Source: Sedimentisphaerales bacterium (GTDB lineage Bacteria > Planctomycetota > Phycisphaerae > Sedimentisphaerales > SM23-30). From it: DNA of 64,000 nt. The stretch lies in assembly GCA_963666285.1 (NCBI GenBank), contig OY762711.1. One strand, written 5' to 3'. Shown piece after piece: positions 20,321-31,310 of the stretch. Within the stretch, counting starts at the first letter, position 1. The number at the start of each line of letters is the position of its first letter. The notes under the pieces were generated by a model. It was not told where the DNA came from, did not search any database, and saw nothing but the letters and a program-made list of their open reading frames with translations. The position numbers and the translations under genes were made by a program.

Positions 20321-20449
20321 TTAAGTAATGTAGGTAATATCAGAGCCGCGAGGTGAACCGAGCGGTTTATCTCGGCATAAGCCGATTTAATCAGTTTTCC
20401 GCCTTTGGCGGACAACCTTAGCTTATTTCTTATATCTTATTACTTGTTA

Positions 20450-20650
20450 ATCGCCTGTACCACACGTAGCGGAGCTGAGCACTTAACACTCTAAATTGCG
20501 TACCTTCCGGTCGGCGGCTCCGAAGTGACAAGACCGGACGAAACGCGGCACGAAAGACCGCGTGAATGCAGGGATGTACCCTTAACAATTGATAATGCCG
20601 GGTCGAGCGTGGTAAAAATAAATGCAATTTCATTTCAGCTTACATGCGAT
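20450..20650 (+). ncRNA. Candidate structured non-coding RNA (unassigned; some 6S-like motifs)
   Basis: GC-rich intergenic segment with nested complementary arms (20450-59/20641-50, 20473-79/20634-40, 20493-501/20622-30) and internal hairpins. Confidence 0.4.
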
Positions 20651-20840
20651 CGGACATAATCATACACGAGGTGTATATAGACCCTGACGACCTCAATCAA
20701 TCAATATCTCTGCGCCCATACCACGCACTCTTTGACAAGTGAATATATGAATAAACAGGCGTCTAACATTGTTTCTGACCGGCCATAGTGCCGTTGGTAT
20801 TGTCTGTACTACCGACATAAAATAATGTATAATATCGGCC

Positions 20841-22091
20841 ATGCCAGAACATACTGCCAGAAAATCACTTAGCCGCAATACCCTATGGTCGCTGATCGGA
20901 CATATTATCAATGGCGTTGGAAGAATGTTGCTCTTTGTCCTCGCGGCAAAGTATTTCAGTGAGCATGACATGGGCATATTCAGCTGGTCGCTGGCCGTTG
21001 TTACCCCGATTGTATATCTGTTTAACCTGGAGCTGCGGTTAAGCTTCGTTACCGACACCTCAAACCGATATTCTGCCGGTGATATGGTTGTAATGCGGCT
21101 GATTGGCAATACTTTTGCCATAGCCATTATATCAGCTATCGCTGCATATATGGCTAAGTACGACTCCGCTCTTACCGCACTGCTGCTGATACTTTGCGGA
21201 CTTACTCGCGGCACAGAGTGTTTCGCTGACAGCTATATCGGGTTCCTGCAGAAAAATGAAAAAATGCGACAGGCGGCAATCTCATATATGTGCCGAACCG
21301 GACTGGTACTTGGAGCTGCCATGTTCGCTGGTTTGTTTGGCTGGCCTATTTGGTCAATCCCTATCATATGGACTACCGCGGTAATAATACTAAACAGGTT
21401 CTATGAAGCAAATGCTGTCAGGCACATTGCTCCTATATCCATTAAATTTGACTATCATAAGCTAAAAACTCTTTTTTGGGAATCCCTGCCCCTGGGGATT
21501 TTCATGGCTATCGCCAGTCTCAACACCGAAACAGGTAAATATTTCATCAAACATGAACTCGGTAGCTCTTCCGTTGCCCATTATACCATCGCAGTAATAA
21601 TTGTGAACGGCTGCATGATGACCCAAAATGGAATTAACCAGGGTGTACTGTATAGGCTTAGCCAATATTACCAGAATAACCGTCAACAGTTCTTAAAGAT
21701 GCTTGGTAAGCTTCTTTTCCTATCAACAATTTTTATGCTTTTTATCTTATTTGTTTTCTACCAGTTTGGTCAAACTATAATTGCAAAGATCAGCCAGGAA
21801 AGTTACGCTTCAGCCCTGTTTGGTGATTCTCCAATTATGATGATCATGCTTTTCGGCGGAATGCTTATTGTTTGGGCAATGGTCATCGGTGATGCTGTTG
21901 TTGCATGTCGGGAATTTGCCGGCAGAATGACCTCGATGCTGGTAAGTCTTGTAATCAATTTTACTTTATGCTATTATCTAACTATAATAAAAAAAATGGG
22001 CTTATTAGGTATCGCTTGGGCTTTCTGGGGCTCTGCGGCAGCTAATCTGGCAGTCAATATTGTTTATTTGGTTAAATTGATCAGGAAATAG
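20841..22091 (+). CDS. Polysaccharide flippase/exporter (Wzx/MOP family)
   Basis: ~12 hydrophobic helices; N-terminal RNTLWSLIG..INGV pattern; MGLLGIAWA near the C-terminus. Confidence 0.75.
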   Translation: MPEHTARKSLSRNTLWSLIGHIINGVGRMLLFVLAAKYFSEHDMGIFSWSLAVVTPIVYLFNLELRLSFVTDTSNRYSAGDMVVMRLIGNTFAIAIISAIAAYMAKYDSALTALLLILCGLTRGTECFADSYIGFLQKNEKMRQAAISYMCRTGLVLGAAMFAGLFGWPIWSIPIIWTTAVIILNRFYEANAVRHIAPISIKFDYHKLKTLFWESLPLGIFMAIASLNTETGKYFIKHELGSSSVAHYTIAVIIVNGCMMTQNGINQGVLYRLSQYYQNNRQQFLKMLGKLLFLSTIFMLFILFVFYQFGQTIIAKISQESYASALFGDSPIMMIMLFGGMLIVWAMVIGDAVVACREFAGRMTSMLVSLVINFTLCYYLTIIKKMGLLGIAWAFWGSAAANLAVNIVYLVKLIRK

Positions 22092-22093
22092 GT

Positions 22094-22435
22094 ATGGAAG
22101 AAGATAAAAGAAAACTTACAGCGGCAATCCTAACTTTATCTGATACGATGGAAGGATTATTTTCGATCCTTCGCAAAGATTTACAATTTCGCGTTGAGGT
22201 TGAGGAAAGCAAGATAGTCGAAGACTTTTTGCCTGACAGAATGACACCCACCAGGATTAGATTTGAAAAATTTCAGAAAATTCTGGATGAACTGGAAAAC
22301 TCGGAGATTCTTCCACTTGAAGATATCGACTTGGAAGTAAAAAAAGTTCAATCTAATAGTCATTACACTTCTAACGCCGCCAATAAAATGGATAGAGATG
22401 AAAGTCATCCACCAGAAGAATACGGCGTAAATTAA
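22094..22435 (+). CDS. Hypothetical protein
   Basis: 113-aa ORF starting 2 nt after the flippase stop, SD-like AGGA/AGG upstream. Confidence 0.6.
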   Translation: MEEDKRKLTAAILTLSDTMEGLFSILRKDLQFRVEVEESKIVEDFLPDRMTPTRIRFEKFQKILDELENSEILPLEDIDLEVKKVQSNSHYTSNAANKMDRDESHPPEEYGVN

Positions 22436-22479
22436 GGACCGGAAATTATAATTACTAACTGCTGACTAGAGGAAATCTG

Positions 22480-23001
22480 GTGGTAGATTTTACCAATAAG
22501 GACAATAGTGACCTGGAAGCTGAATCAGTTCTTCAGGCCGACCAGGATGGGCGTTTTATGCTTGAAGCTATCAAAGAGGCCAATGCCGCCTTTGAAGCTG
22601 ACGAAGTACCGATCGGTGCCGTTATCGTTTATGATAACAAAGTCATTGCTCGGGCACATAATCAGCGAGAAACGTTAAACGACCCAACCGCTCATGCCGA
22701 AATGATAGCCCTTACTCAGGCATCCGAATACCTCGGCTCCTGGCGATTACACGGATGCACAATGTATGTCACCCTGGAACCGTGCCCAATGTGTGCCGGG
22801 GCTCTGGTTAATTCCCGAATCGATAGACTGGTATATGGACCCAGCGACCCCAAAGCCGGAGCTTGTGAATCACTGTATAATATTGTCGAAGATCAACGAC
22901 TGAACCACAGAATCATGGTTGTCAAAGATTTTATGAGCGAACCTTGCAGACTACTTCTTCAGGAATTCTTTGCCAACAAACGCAGGCAGGGAAAAAAATA
23001 G
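22480..23001 (+). CDS. tadA: tRNA adenosine(34) deaminase
   Basis: [31 protein letters not shown] motifs. Confidence 0.93.
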   Translation: MVDFTNKDNSDLEAESVLQADQDGRFMLEAIKEANAAFEADEVPIGAVIVYDNKVIARAHNQRETLNDPTAHAEMIALTQASEYLGSWRLHGCTMYVTLEPCPMCAGALVNSRIDRLVYGPSDPKAGACESLYNIVEDQRLNHRIMVVKDFMSEPCRLLLQEFFANKRRQGKK

Positions 23002-23049
23002 TATAAACAGCTGACTTTTTTGTTTAGCAAGTGCAAAGTCACACTAATA

Positions 23050-24336
23050 CTACAATAGCTCGTAGTCAAAAGGCTTGAGTTTCATAAGGCCGGGCATCTG
23101 GTTATCACCCACTACAGCTTCAATTACAGTACCTGCATCTGTAAACTCTTCACTGAAAACTTGTCCATAAGCCTTTACAAAAGGGATTACTTTACCATTT
23201 GAATAAGGACAGGTAATTTTAATTTTTATGTTCTTTCCGGTAACTCTTTTAAGAACACTCTCAACTAAATCACTTATCCCCTGGCCCGTTTTAGATGACA
23301 CTGCAACTGCATCAGGATAAATAGCCCTGAACTCTTCAGCCTTTGTGACAGCCCCGGGTTTATCCATCTTATTCAAGACCAGCAGAATATCTTTTTCATC
23401 ACAGCCAAGCTCACCCAAAACCCTGTTAACTGCTTCTAACTGCTGAAATACATGCGGATGTGAAACGTCCAAAACATGAAGAAGCAAATCAGCATGAATG
23501 GTTTCTTCCAAAGTAGCGCGAAATGAAGCCACCAGATGATGCGGAAGATCACGAACAAAACCAACTGTATCACTTAGCAAAGCAAAGTTATCACCGTCCA
23601 GCTTCCACTTTGATGTTTTTGTATCCAGGGTAGCAAATAGCTGGTCTGCTGAATATACATCAGAACCTGTCAGTGTATTCATAAGTGTGCTTTTACCGGC
23701 ATTTGTATAACCGACAAGTGAAACCGTATAATGACGATTACGCGAACCGGCCTGTCGGCTTTTCCGCTTATCTATCTCTGATATCCGTGACTTAAGCTGT
23801 GCAACACGTTTACTAACCAGCCGACGGTCAATTTCTAGCTGGCTTTCACCTGTACCGCGAGTTCCAACTCCGCCGGTTGCAGCTCCACCGGTAACTGTAT
23901 CAAGATGGCTCCACATTCGGGTAAGACGTGGGTAAGTATATTCAAGCTGGGCAAGCTCAACCTGCATCCTGGCTTCGGCACTACTGGCACGACGTGCAAA
24001 AATATCAAGGATCAGCTCGCTGCGGTCAATAACTTTGACCTCCATAACTTTTTCCAGTTCACGGATTTGTGCCGGTGTGAGATCATTATCAAAAATCACA
24101 ACGTCAGCCTGACGTAAATGCACAAACTGTGCTATCTCTTCAGCCTTACCCTTGCCAATATATAACGAGGAGTTTATATCTCTTCGTTTTTGCCTGACAA
24201 ATCCAACAACATGAACATCAGCGGCATTTGCCAGTGATTCCAACTCATCCAATGAATCCTTGGAATCGATTACAGCACCCGGCAAAATAACATGCACTAT
24301 GATTGCTTTTTCAAAAGAACGTTCTTCTACTGCCAT
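23050..24336 (-). CDS. hflX: GTPase HflX
   Basis: LILDIFARRA, QVELAQLEY, GYTNAGKST, DQLFATLD, DTVGF, NKMD. Confidence 0.96.
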   Translation of the reverse strand: MAVEERSFEKAIIVHVILPGAVIDSKDSLDELESLANAADVHVVGFVRQKRRDINSSLYIGKGKAEEIAQFVHLRQADVVIFDNDLTPAQIRELEKVMEVKVIDRSELILDIFARRASSAEARMQVELAQLEYTYPRLTRMWSHLDTVTGGAATGGVGTRGTGESQLEIDRRLVSKRVAQLKSRISEIDKRKSRQAGSRNRHYTVSLVGYTNAGKSTLMNTLTGSDVYSADQLFATLDTKTSKWKLDGDNFALLSDTVGFVRDLPHHLVASFRATLEETIHADLLLHVLDVSHPHVFQQLEAVNRVLGELGCDEKDILLVLNKMDKPGAVTKAEEFRAIYPDAVAVSSKTGQGISDLVESVLKRVTGKNIKIKITCPYSNGKVIPFVKAYGQVFSEEFTDAGTVIEAVVGDNQMPGLMKLKPFDYELL

Positions 24337-24377
24337 TTCTAATTAACTACTTCTCTCCCCGTATGTAATAAATAATA

Positions 24378-26777
24378 TTAGAAAGTTAAACCAAAATTGA
24401 AACTGAATAACTGAGTCTCATCTTTGTCATCCTCAACCAGAGGAAATCCAAAGTCAAAATGCATTGGCACCTGCTGAAAAACCTGAGGTATGACAATCTC
24501 TATACCAAAACCAACAGAGACACGATATGGCCCTTCACTTACAAAACCACTATCACAGAATATTTTACCAAACAGAGTCTCTTCAAAAATTGGATGTGTA
24601 ATTTCGGTTCCGGCCATAAAAATATAGCTGCTTCCCACAGGGTCTTCATCCCTGCCGCCGCGAGGACTGATACCACGATAATCAAAACCTCTCAGAGTGC
24701 CAATTCCACCGGCATAAAACTTCTCAAATGCCGGGGCATTTCCATATATTTTACTACCAGAAACCCTGGTTGCCCATACTGTTCTGCGTTCAACAATATC
24801 TTCATATAAAGTATTATAAAAAGTAATTCCTGAACTTAATTCTGTAAATGAATGATCACCGCCAAAAGCACCGAACTGCTCAACAGAAGTATTAAACTTA
24901 TACCCTTCGGTTGGTCTAAAATATCTGTCTGTTGTATTCCTGCCAATTCCAAACTTAAAGCTGGTCAGCCAGTTATCTCCCTCAACACTGGTAATCTGAT
25001 CAGGTGTGGTAACCTCTTTAAAAGGATTATTGGGATCTGTATAGTCATACCTATAGTCAAAATCACCTATCTCCACCAATTCGACTTTTGCCGTACCTTC
25101 AATTGACCAGTCATTATCAAAACGATGTCCTAAAGTCAACGAAGTTCCTCTTCGCTTCAATTTATGTGACTCATACCAGCGCCGGAATAAATACAGGTTA
25201 TAATCCAGGTAGATCGGCTGGTCATATAAATACGGCTCGTAAAATTTTAGATTTCCACGAGTCATACCGGTTCCAGGCTCAATACTTAACCTAAGACGCT
25301 GACCTCCGCCAACATAAGAATTTCCGGTAAAAAACTCCTTTAGTGACTCAGGTTTACGTGAAGCATCAAAATTTCGCTGTTCAACAGAAAACTGCCCCAA
25401 TACACCGTGATTTGTATCAACTCCGACACCAAACATAAGTAACCCGGTATTTGTCTCGGCAACTTCAACGATAGCATCTTTTTTATCTTCGTAATCACCT
25501 ACAGGCTGCACATCAACAGACTCAAATAAACCGCTTCCAGCTAATCTACGCCTGGCTTTATTAGCAGCATCCTGGTTATATACTTCACCCGGTAAAAAAC
25601 CATGACGATCAAAATCTCGCCTGATAACCTTATCCTTAGTTTCAAAATTACCTGATACTATTACCTTATTGAGATAATATTTTTTCCCCTCGGTAATAGA
25701 AAACGTAAGCCTGGCTTCTCCCGGCTTGTCAGTATATGAAATTAGCGGCACAGCATTTGCCTTGATATACCCGTTCTTTCCATAAAGGTCCTTAATGGCT
25801 TTTTCAGCTGACTGAATTTTTTTATCTCTCTTATAATCACCAGGAGCTAAAGTTACAACATTCTGAATTTCTTCAATAGAATATATCTCATTTCCTTTGA
25901 ACGAAATTTCTGATAAAAAGTACCTTGGCCCTTCGTCTATCTGAAAAATAATCTCTACTTTGGAATTATCTTCATTAAACACTTCCTTTGCTGTTACATT
26001 GGCATCAAGAAAGCCTTCTTCATGATAAAATTGAGCTATTGAATCCACATCAGATTCAAGCCTGAGGTCATCCAATTTGCCTTTACTGAAAATACCAAAC
26101 CATGAACGTGCCCGGGATTTAGTTTTCCCCTTAACCTTATATCTTGGAAAAGACTCAACCCCTTCAAATCGAACCTTATTAATTTTCAGTCTGGGGCCTT
26201 CTTCTATTTTATATACAATGACACCATCAGAATCCGCCCTGCTAGCATCAATTTTGACCTTTGAAAAATAATAGCCCTTATCTTTATAATATAGCTCTAT
26301 ATCTTTGGCTCCCTGGTTAACCAGGTATCTATCAAGAAAATCATCTGTTTCAAAAGGGAGCTGATCAGTCAACTTTTTCGACTTTATATTTTTATTTCCA
26401 TCAAATTCAATTGAAGCAACAGATACCGCTTCAAGTATATCAAAAATAATATCAACTTTATCAGGCTGCCCTTCTACCGGAACAGCATACCACTTTACAT
26501 TTTCCACCTGAGGCATGATAATGATTTTTCGAGAATCCTCTGACACAACTTTCTCATTAAAGAATGCATCAGGCCTGGAACGAACATTAGTCATAATAAC
26601 ATCATCAGGAGTATTATCATTTCCCTTAAAAATAATCTTATTGATAATCAAATTCGGGTTTTCTTGTTCAGCATATGCCGGGAATAAAATGAAAGTGCTC
26701 AATAAAGCAATCATTAATGAATAGTGAATAATATACTTTTTTGACACAGCAACAGTGCCAAAGAGACGTCCTATCAT
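24378..26777 (-). CDS. bamA: Outer membrane protein assembly factor BamA
   Basis: POTRA repeats; FYAGGIGTLRGF loop; C-terminal FSFNFGLTF; SD-supported ATG at 26777. Confidence 0.92.
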   Translation of the reverse strand: MIGRLFGTVAVSKKYIIHYSLMIALLSTFILFPAYAEQENPNLIINKIIFKGNDNTPDDVIMTNVRSRPDAFFNEKVVSEDSRKIIIMPQVENVKWYAVPVEGQPDKVDIIFDILEAVSVASIEFDGNKNIKSKKLTDQLPFETDDFLDRYLVNQGAKDIELYYKDKGYYFSKVKIDASRADSDGVIVYKIEEGPRLKINKVRFEGVESFPRYKVKGKTKSRARSWFGIFSKGKLDDLRLESDVDSIAQFYHEEGFLDANVTAKEVFNEDNSKVEIIFQIDEGPRYFLSEISFKGNEIYSIEEIQNVVTLAPGDYKRDKKIQSAEKAIKDLYGKNGYIKANAVPLISYTDKPGEARLTFSITEGKKYYLNKVIVSGNFETKDKVIRRDFDRHGFLPGEVYNQDAANKARRRLAGSGLFESVDVQPVGDYEDKKDAIVEVAETNTGLLMFGVGVDTNHGVLGQFSVEQRNFDASRKPESLKEFFTGNSYVGGGQRLRLSIEPGTGMTRGNLKFYEPYLYDQPIYLDYNLYLFRRWYESHKLKRRGTSLTLGHRFDNDWSIEGTAKVELVEIGDFDYRYDYTDPNNPFKEVTTPDQITSVEGDNWLTSFKFGIGRNTTDRYFRPTEGYKFNTSVEQFGAFGGDHSFTELSSGITFYNTLYEDIVERRTVWATRVSGSKIYGNAPAFEKFYAGGIGTLRGFDYRGISPRGGRDEDPVGSSYIFMAGTEITHPIFEETLFGKIFCDSGFVSEGPYRVSVGFGIEIVIPQVFQQVPMHFDFGFPLVEDDKDETQLFSFNFGLTF

Positions 26778-27041
26778 AATAAATCCTTTCAATCTTTACA
26801 CCTTGTGCAAATAATAACAAGATCGCTCGCATATAATGTGATACAAATTTGAATTTGAAACAAAAATCATTTACACATTGAATGCTTTACAACCAGCACC
26901 TCACACAAGTTATTTATTTTACACAAATAAAAATGTAGGTGTATAATTTGCAATATTTTAACTAATTTATCACTAGTTAACTACAAAAAAACTCTGGAAT
27001 TTATCGGAGATGAATTTTATACCCAAAAACAAAAAAATAAG

Positions 27042-27116
27042 GGTGAAAGACGGGACTCGAACCCGCGACCCCCAGAACCACAATCTGGTGCTCTAGCCAG
27101 CTGAGCTACTATCACC
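27042..27116 (-). tRNA. tRNA-His(GTG)
   Basis: Cloverleaf with encoded G-1, anticodon arm CCAGA-TTGTGGT-TCTGG, GGTTCGAGTCC T-arm, C73; CCA not encoded. Confidence 0.95.
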
Positions 27117-27259
27117 ACTTATAATATAAGCTTTTTAATATCAGAGACTTGTGCATTCTTAACATGATGGCACTGATCTTGATATATTGTTTCGAGACGT
27201 GAAATAATATCAAAGGCAGATTATTTTGTCAATATAATTATCCGTTTAAAACTTCAACT

Positions 27260-28417
27260 TTATAACGCCAGCTTATATATTTCATTTATCAGGTCAATAT
27301 CATAGCCTTCAACACCCCGTTGGATAAATGAATCAAACGCTAGAGTGGCCAGCTTATCAAGGTCCGGTTCCGGTATCCCGGCCTGAGAAAAAGTAACCGG
27401 AGCACCAATAGAATGATAATAATTAACAAACATATCTGCAACTTCTGATGAACTTCGACAATTCTCGCCAAAAACGTTACAGCCGAATTTACAAATACGA
27501 TTTTCATGACGTTTGCCAACAGCTTTGATCCAGGCAGGTATTATAACTGAGAGCCCTGCACCATGAGCAACATCATAAACACCGCTCATAGGCATTTCAA
27601 GGCCGTGACATGGCATTTGAGCAAATGGAATACCCGCCTGCACAATACCGCTCCATGCCAGGGCTGCTGACCAAACAAACGCCGCCCTACCATCATAGTC
27701 ATCAGGATCAGCAACAATTGACTTGTGCGATTCCATTACTGACTGAACTAGAGATTCTGTAAGACGGTCCTGTAGTATCAGCTCTTCAGCACTTGTAGTA
27801 AAGTACGCCTCTGTAAGATGAGATATAACATCGGCAGCAGCAAAGGCAAGTTGACTCGATGAAAGAGTTTTAGTCAACTCCGGATCTAAAATAGCTAATT
27901 TGGGATTCAGTACCCCGGGTAATACAAGGGCCACTTTCTGCTGCGTATGCTCATTTGTCAGCACAGAAATGCCATTTATCTCAGATGATGTTGCAGGAAG
28001 TGTGCTAACCGCTGCCAGCGGCAGAGTTGCTTCAATAGATGCTTCTTTAGTGTAGAATTTCCAAATATTTATATCTGAGACAGCACCGGCAGAAATTGCT
28101 TTTGCTTCATCAATTACACTACCGCCGCCAATTGCACAAATCCAGTCAACCTGAGCTTCCTTTGCCTTATTCACCCCCTCTTCAGCATGAGAAAGCAAAG
28201 GATTACCTTTCACCCCGGAATGTTCAACAACTTCAATTTTATTTTTGGCAAATTGGCTGACTACATTGCCATATAAACCTGACTCTTTAATACTTTTCTG
28301 ACCATATACCAGCAAAATTCTCCTGGCACCAACATTCTTTAACTCCTCTGCAAGCGAATCGATTACCCCTTTGCCAAAAATAATCTTAGTAGGATTGCAA
28401 TATCTGAAATTATTCAT
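27260..28417 (-). CDS. Iron-containing alcohol dehydrogenase (BdhA/YqhD-like)
   Basis: PTKIIFGKG, IGGGSVIDEAKA, ILDPELT, HGLE..HGAGL metal ligands. Confidence 0.9.
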   Translation of the reverse strand: MNNFRYCNPTKIIFGKGVIDSLAEELKNVGARRILLVYGQKSIKESGLYGNVVSQFAKNKIEVVEHSGVKGNPLLSHAEEGVNKAKEAQVDWICAIGGGSVIDEAKAISAGAVSDINIWKFYTKEASIEATLPLAAVSTLPATSSEINGISVLTNEHTQQKVALVLPGVLNPKLAILDPELTKTLSSSQLAFAAADVISHLTEAYFTTSAEELILQDRLTESLVQSVMESHKSIVADPDDYDGRAAFVWSAALAWSGIVQAGIPFAQMPCHGLEMPMSGVYDVAHGAGLSVIIPAWIKAVGKRHENRICKFGCNVFGENCRSSSEVADMFVNYYHSIGAPVTFSQAGIPEPDLDKLATLAFDSFIQRGVEGYDIDLINEIYKLAL

Positions 28418-28439
28418 TCTTTTCTGTCTTATATTTCAA

Positions 28440-28853
28440 TTAATTAAAAATATCCTCATCATCACCGGTACCGCCGACTTTACCGTCTTTTCCGCGGCTA
28501 ATTAAATCGTAACTGCCAGGCTTCTCTTTGCCAGGGATAACATATTCAAAAGGATTTCCCCATGGATCCAGTAAATCTCCGTCATTAAGCAACGGATCTT
28601 TTAATTTACCTGTCAAAGTTGAAGGCACTTTAACCAGTACTTCAAGGCCTTCGGACTGAGTAGGAAATCTACCACAGCTGGTCCAAAAAGCAGTCAAAGC
28701 CTGCTCAACAATAGCCATCCTGGGTCTAACCAGAGTTTTTTTTGCACTTTCGGCCTGAGCGATAAACTTTGGCAGCATAAGAACTGCCAAAAGAGATATT
28801 AAAAACACTACAACGAGAATTTCTATTATAGTAAATGCTTTTTTCTGTTTCAT
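28440..28853 (-). CDS. gspG: Type II secretion major pseudopilin GspG
   Basis: Prepilin motif KKAFTIIEIL; GRFPTQSEGL, DPWGNPFEY, YDLISRGKDG. Confidence 0.88.
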   Translation of the reverse strand: MKQKKAFTIIEILVVVFLISLLAVLMLPKFIAQAESAKKTLVRPRMAIVEQALTAFWTSCGRFPTQSEGLEVLVKVPSTLTGKLKDPLLNDGDLLDPWGNPFEYVIPGKEKPGSYDLISRGKDGKVGGTGDDEDIFN

Positions 28854-28883
28854 TGCTGCACCTGATATATAAAAAATTAAAAA

Positions 28884-30134
28884 TTAGAAGCTAGGCAGGT
28901 TGGTTTCTACTTGTATTATCGGCAAAAGGGTAGCCAAAAGTAAAAAACCAATAAAAATTGCCAAAACAAAAATTAATAAGGCTGGAAGTATTGCCATAAG
29001 CCTTTTAACTGCACGGTCTGTATCTTTATCAAAAGCTTCGGCTGAATTAATAAGCATTTCAGGTAATTTCCCGGTATTTTCTCCAACTGAAACAACCTGT
29101 ATCAGAAGCGGAGGAAACAGACCCGATTTCTTGAGCGGAGATACAAGCGAAGCACCTGCCCGAACATGACTTACAAGAGAATCAATTTCACAGGCCAATA
29201 CCTCATTATCCAGACAGTTACGTACCACCTTCAAGGAACTTAGCATATCAACTCCACTACCAATAAGAACTCCAAGCATACGTGCAAATCTTGCAACTGC
29301 CCATTTTCGGTTAACCTGCCCTATTAAAGGCAAAGAAATTCTTATGCGGTCAAAAACAACTCTACCGGAATTGGTACGCCCCCACCTTAAAAACAAGATA
29401 AATGCAATACCAGAACCAAACAACACTGTCCACCCTGACGGTGAATTCAAAAAATTACTGACATTCATCATCACTCTGGTTGGCCATGGCAGCCATTGTA
29501 TGTCAACCGCAAGTGTATTTATTATCCTGGGGATTATCCAGGTCACCACAACCGTAGCTGATAGTAAGCCTATAAATAATACAAATAGCGGATATAACGA
29601 TGTCGTAATAATAGTGTTATGTATTGTAAGTTCCCGGTCTTTTACTTCTGCAAGGCTTGTCATACACTCATCCAGATTACCGGCACTTTCTCCAACCCTA
29701 ACCAGTGAAACATCTAAACGATCGAAGATATATTTGTATCCGGCCATCGCTTCAGAAAGTGACATCCCGGATCGTATATGCCTGGATAAATTATTTACCA
29801 GTTTTACTGTTTTTTTGCTTGGATTCTGCTGCGATACTACATCAAGAGCTCCCATTACAGGTACTTTTGCACGTAACGCCGTTGCAAATTGAGAGATAAA
29901 TTCCTGCTTTTCCCTCTTTGAAAGCCTCAACTTACTACTAATTCTTGAAGGCAAAGGAGCATCTGCAACCTGATTATTTTCATTTTCTGATATTTCGCCA
30001 GAATCAGATATTGTAGAGACAAACCTACCCTGCTCAGATAAAAGAGAACGGGCAGACTGCATGTCAGCGGCTTCGATTTCGCCGTCAATATGCTGTCCTG
30101 CCCGATTTATTGCAGTGTATCTAAATAACGCCAT
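28884..30134 (-). CDS. gspF: Type II secretion/type IV pilus platform protein GspF/PilC
   Basis: FRYTA..G start, two GE.G.L repeats, three TM helices. Confidence 0.88.
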   Translation of the reverse strand: MALFRYTAINRAGQHIDGEIEAADMQSARSLLSEQGRFVSTISDSGEISENENNQVADAPLPSRISSKLRLSKREKQEFISQFATALRAKVPVMGALDVVSQQNPSKKTVKLVNNLSRHIRSGMSLSEAMAGYKYIFDRLDVSLVRVGESAGNLDECMTSLAEVKDRELTIHNTIITTSLYPLFVLFIGLLSATVVVTWIIPRIINTLAVDIQWLPWPTRVMMNVSNFLNSPSGWTVLFGSGIAFILFLRWGRTNSGRVVFDRIRISLPLIGQVNRKWAVARFARMLGVLIGSGVDMLSSLKVVRNCLDNEVLACEIDSLVSHVRAGASLVSPLKKSGLFPPLLIQVVSVGENTGKLPEMLINSAEAFDKDTDRAVKRLMAILPALLIFVLAIFIGFLLLATLLPIIQVETNLPSF

Positions 30135-30140
30135 ATGTTT

Positions 30141-31310
30141 TTACTGGCCGGACGGTTGTGGGCCTACCTTTTGTCCCGAGCTGTCTTCCGGCTCTTTATC
30201 CTCGACTTGAGGTATATCTTCAATCAGCTCTGAGAAGGACTTAACCATGCTTCCTGCCTTCCATGACTCTAAAACATAAACCCAATCCTTATGACGGGCA
30301 TTAAATTCCTGAGTCGACTGATAAACCTGGATCTGGTTATCCAGTTCTTCCATCGACTCTTTTGAAGAAGCATCAAAAGATATACTACCAGATTTTTGCT
30401 TATCCATAAACTCTTTATTTTTATATTCACTGAAACATTTTACATAATATTTATCCTGCCCCGCCTCAGATGACTTTGCAATTTTCAATGTCAACTCAGT
30501 CTGGTCTGCACATAATATCACATAACTGTAGTCAAATTTTACTGAGGCATCTATATCAGACACCTTTTTAATATCGCTGAACTCGATATTAGTAGCTGCC
30601 CCAAAGACACTTTCGTATTCGAGACCTTTAGCCTGTTTACCTTCGGGAATATTTGGCAGCGACAAATCTACATTTTCACCTTTTAATTTAGCAACAACAC
30701 TGTACGAACCTTCAGGAGTCGTAACAGTCACACTTGATACATCTTTCTTTTCACATTCCAGCAGTTTCTTTTGTACATAGCTTATAGGGTTTGCCTGCAG
30801 CCATGCTGTTTTAGGTGCAAGATATACTCTGGCCGCCTCTTCAGGCTTTTCTGACAGCTTTCGTACATACACACCCGCTCCATTATCATCACGCTTACCC
30901 ACAACAATGCCGGTAATCAATTTGTTGTCTTTATCAAAAAACTTGACGATATGTTTAGCATTTGATTCCAGAACTTCCAGCTCGGTATGGTTATCCGGGT
31001 TATCAGTCACCATATCTTCAACCTTAATATCCAGACAATCGACGATCAATTTATTTACGTTCTCAATCAATGCCGGATAGTTGTCCTTATTAGCTACTAC
31101 AAAATTGTCACCATTTTTTTCCAGGCGGGCCTTTTTGCCGCTTCCTTCAACCTCAATCGCAGCAATATCCGTGGTATTCATTCCCTGGATAAGCGGGGTA
31201 TCCTTAACAATCTCAGATACTTTTTCTGTACGCGGAATTGACACTACTATCGCCAAAACAGCCATAATAGCGGCAACAATACCTATTTTCATGAGATTTT
31301 TATCGCTCAT
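30141..31310 (-). CDS. DUF4340-like membrane-anchored protein (Gld-type ABC locus)
   Basis: SD GAAAGGA before ATG 31310; N-terminal TM helix; position after GldG-like gene. Confidence 0.7.
   Translation of the reverse strand: MSDKNLMKIGIVAAIMAVLAIVVSIPRTEKVSEIVKDTPLIQGMNTTDIAAIEVEGSGKKARLEKNGDNFVVANKDNYPALIENVNKLIVDCLDIKVEDMVTDNPDNHTELEVLESNAKHIVKFFDKDNKLITGIVVGKRDDNGAGVYVRKLSEKPEEAARVYLAPKTAWLQANPISYVQKKLLECEKKDVSSVTVTTPEGSYSVVAKLKGENVDLSLPNIPEGKQAKGLEYESVFGAATNIEFSDIKKVSDIDASVKFDYSYVILCADQTELTLKIAKSSEAGQDKYYVKCFSEYKNKEFMDKQKSGSISFDASSKESMEELDNQIQVYQSTQEFNARHKDWVYVLESWKAGSMVKSFSELIEDIPQVEDKEPEDSSGQKVGPQPSGQ

Noticed and set aside
20500..20565. Hammerhead, twister or group I ribozyme
   Set aside because: CGAAAC is present but there is no CUGANGA core; group I P7 and J3/4 spacing do not fit
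20595..20660. tmRNA (AAAAATAAATGCA resembles the resume-codon context)
   Set aside because: No tRNA-like ends or T-arm, and the peptide AISFQLTCDRT is not a tag
20693..21214. Antisense or shadow ORFs (also 31623-32171, 29344-29892, 51702-52157 and others)
   Set aside because: They overlap well-supported genes on the opposite strand or frame and have no motifs
27168..27183. Sigma54-like TGGCAC-N5-TTGA
   Set aside because: Imperfect -12 box, and it points at the 3' end of a convergent gene
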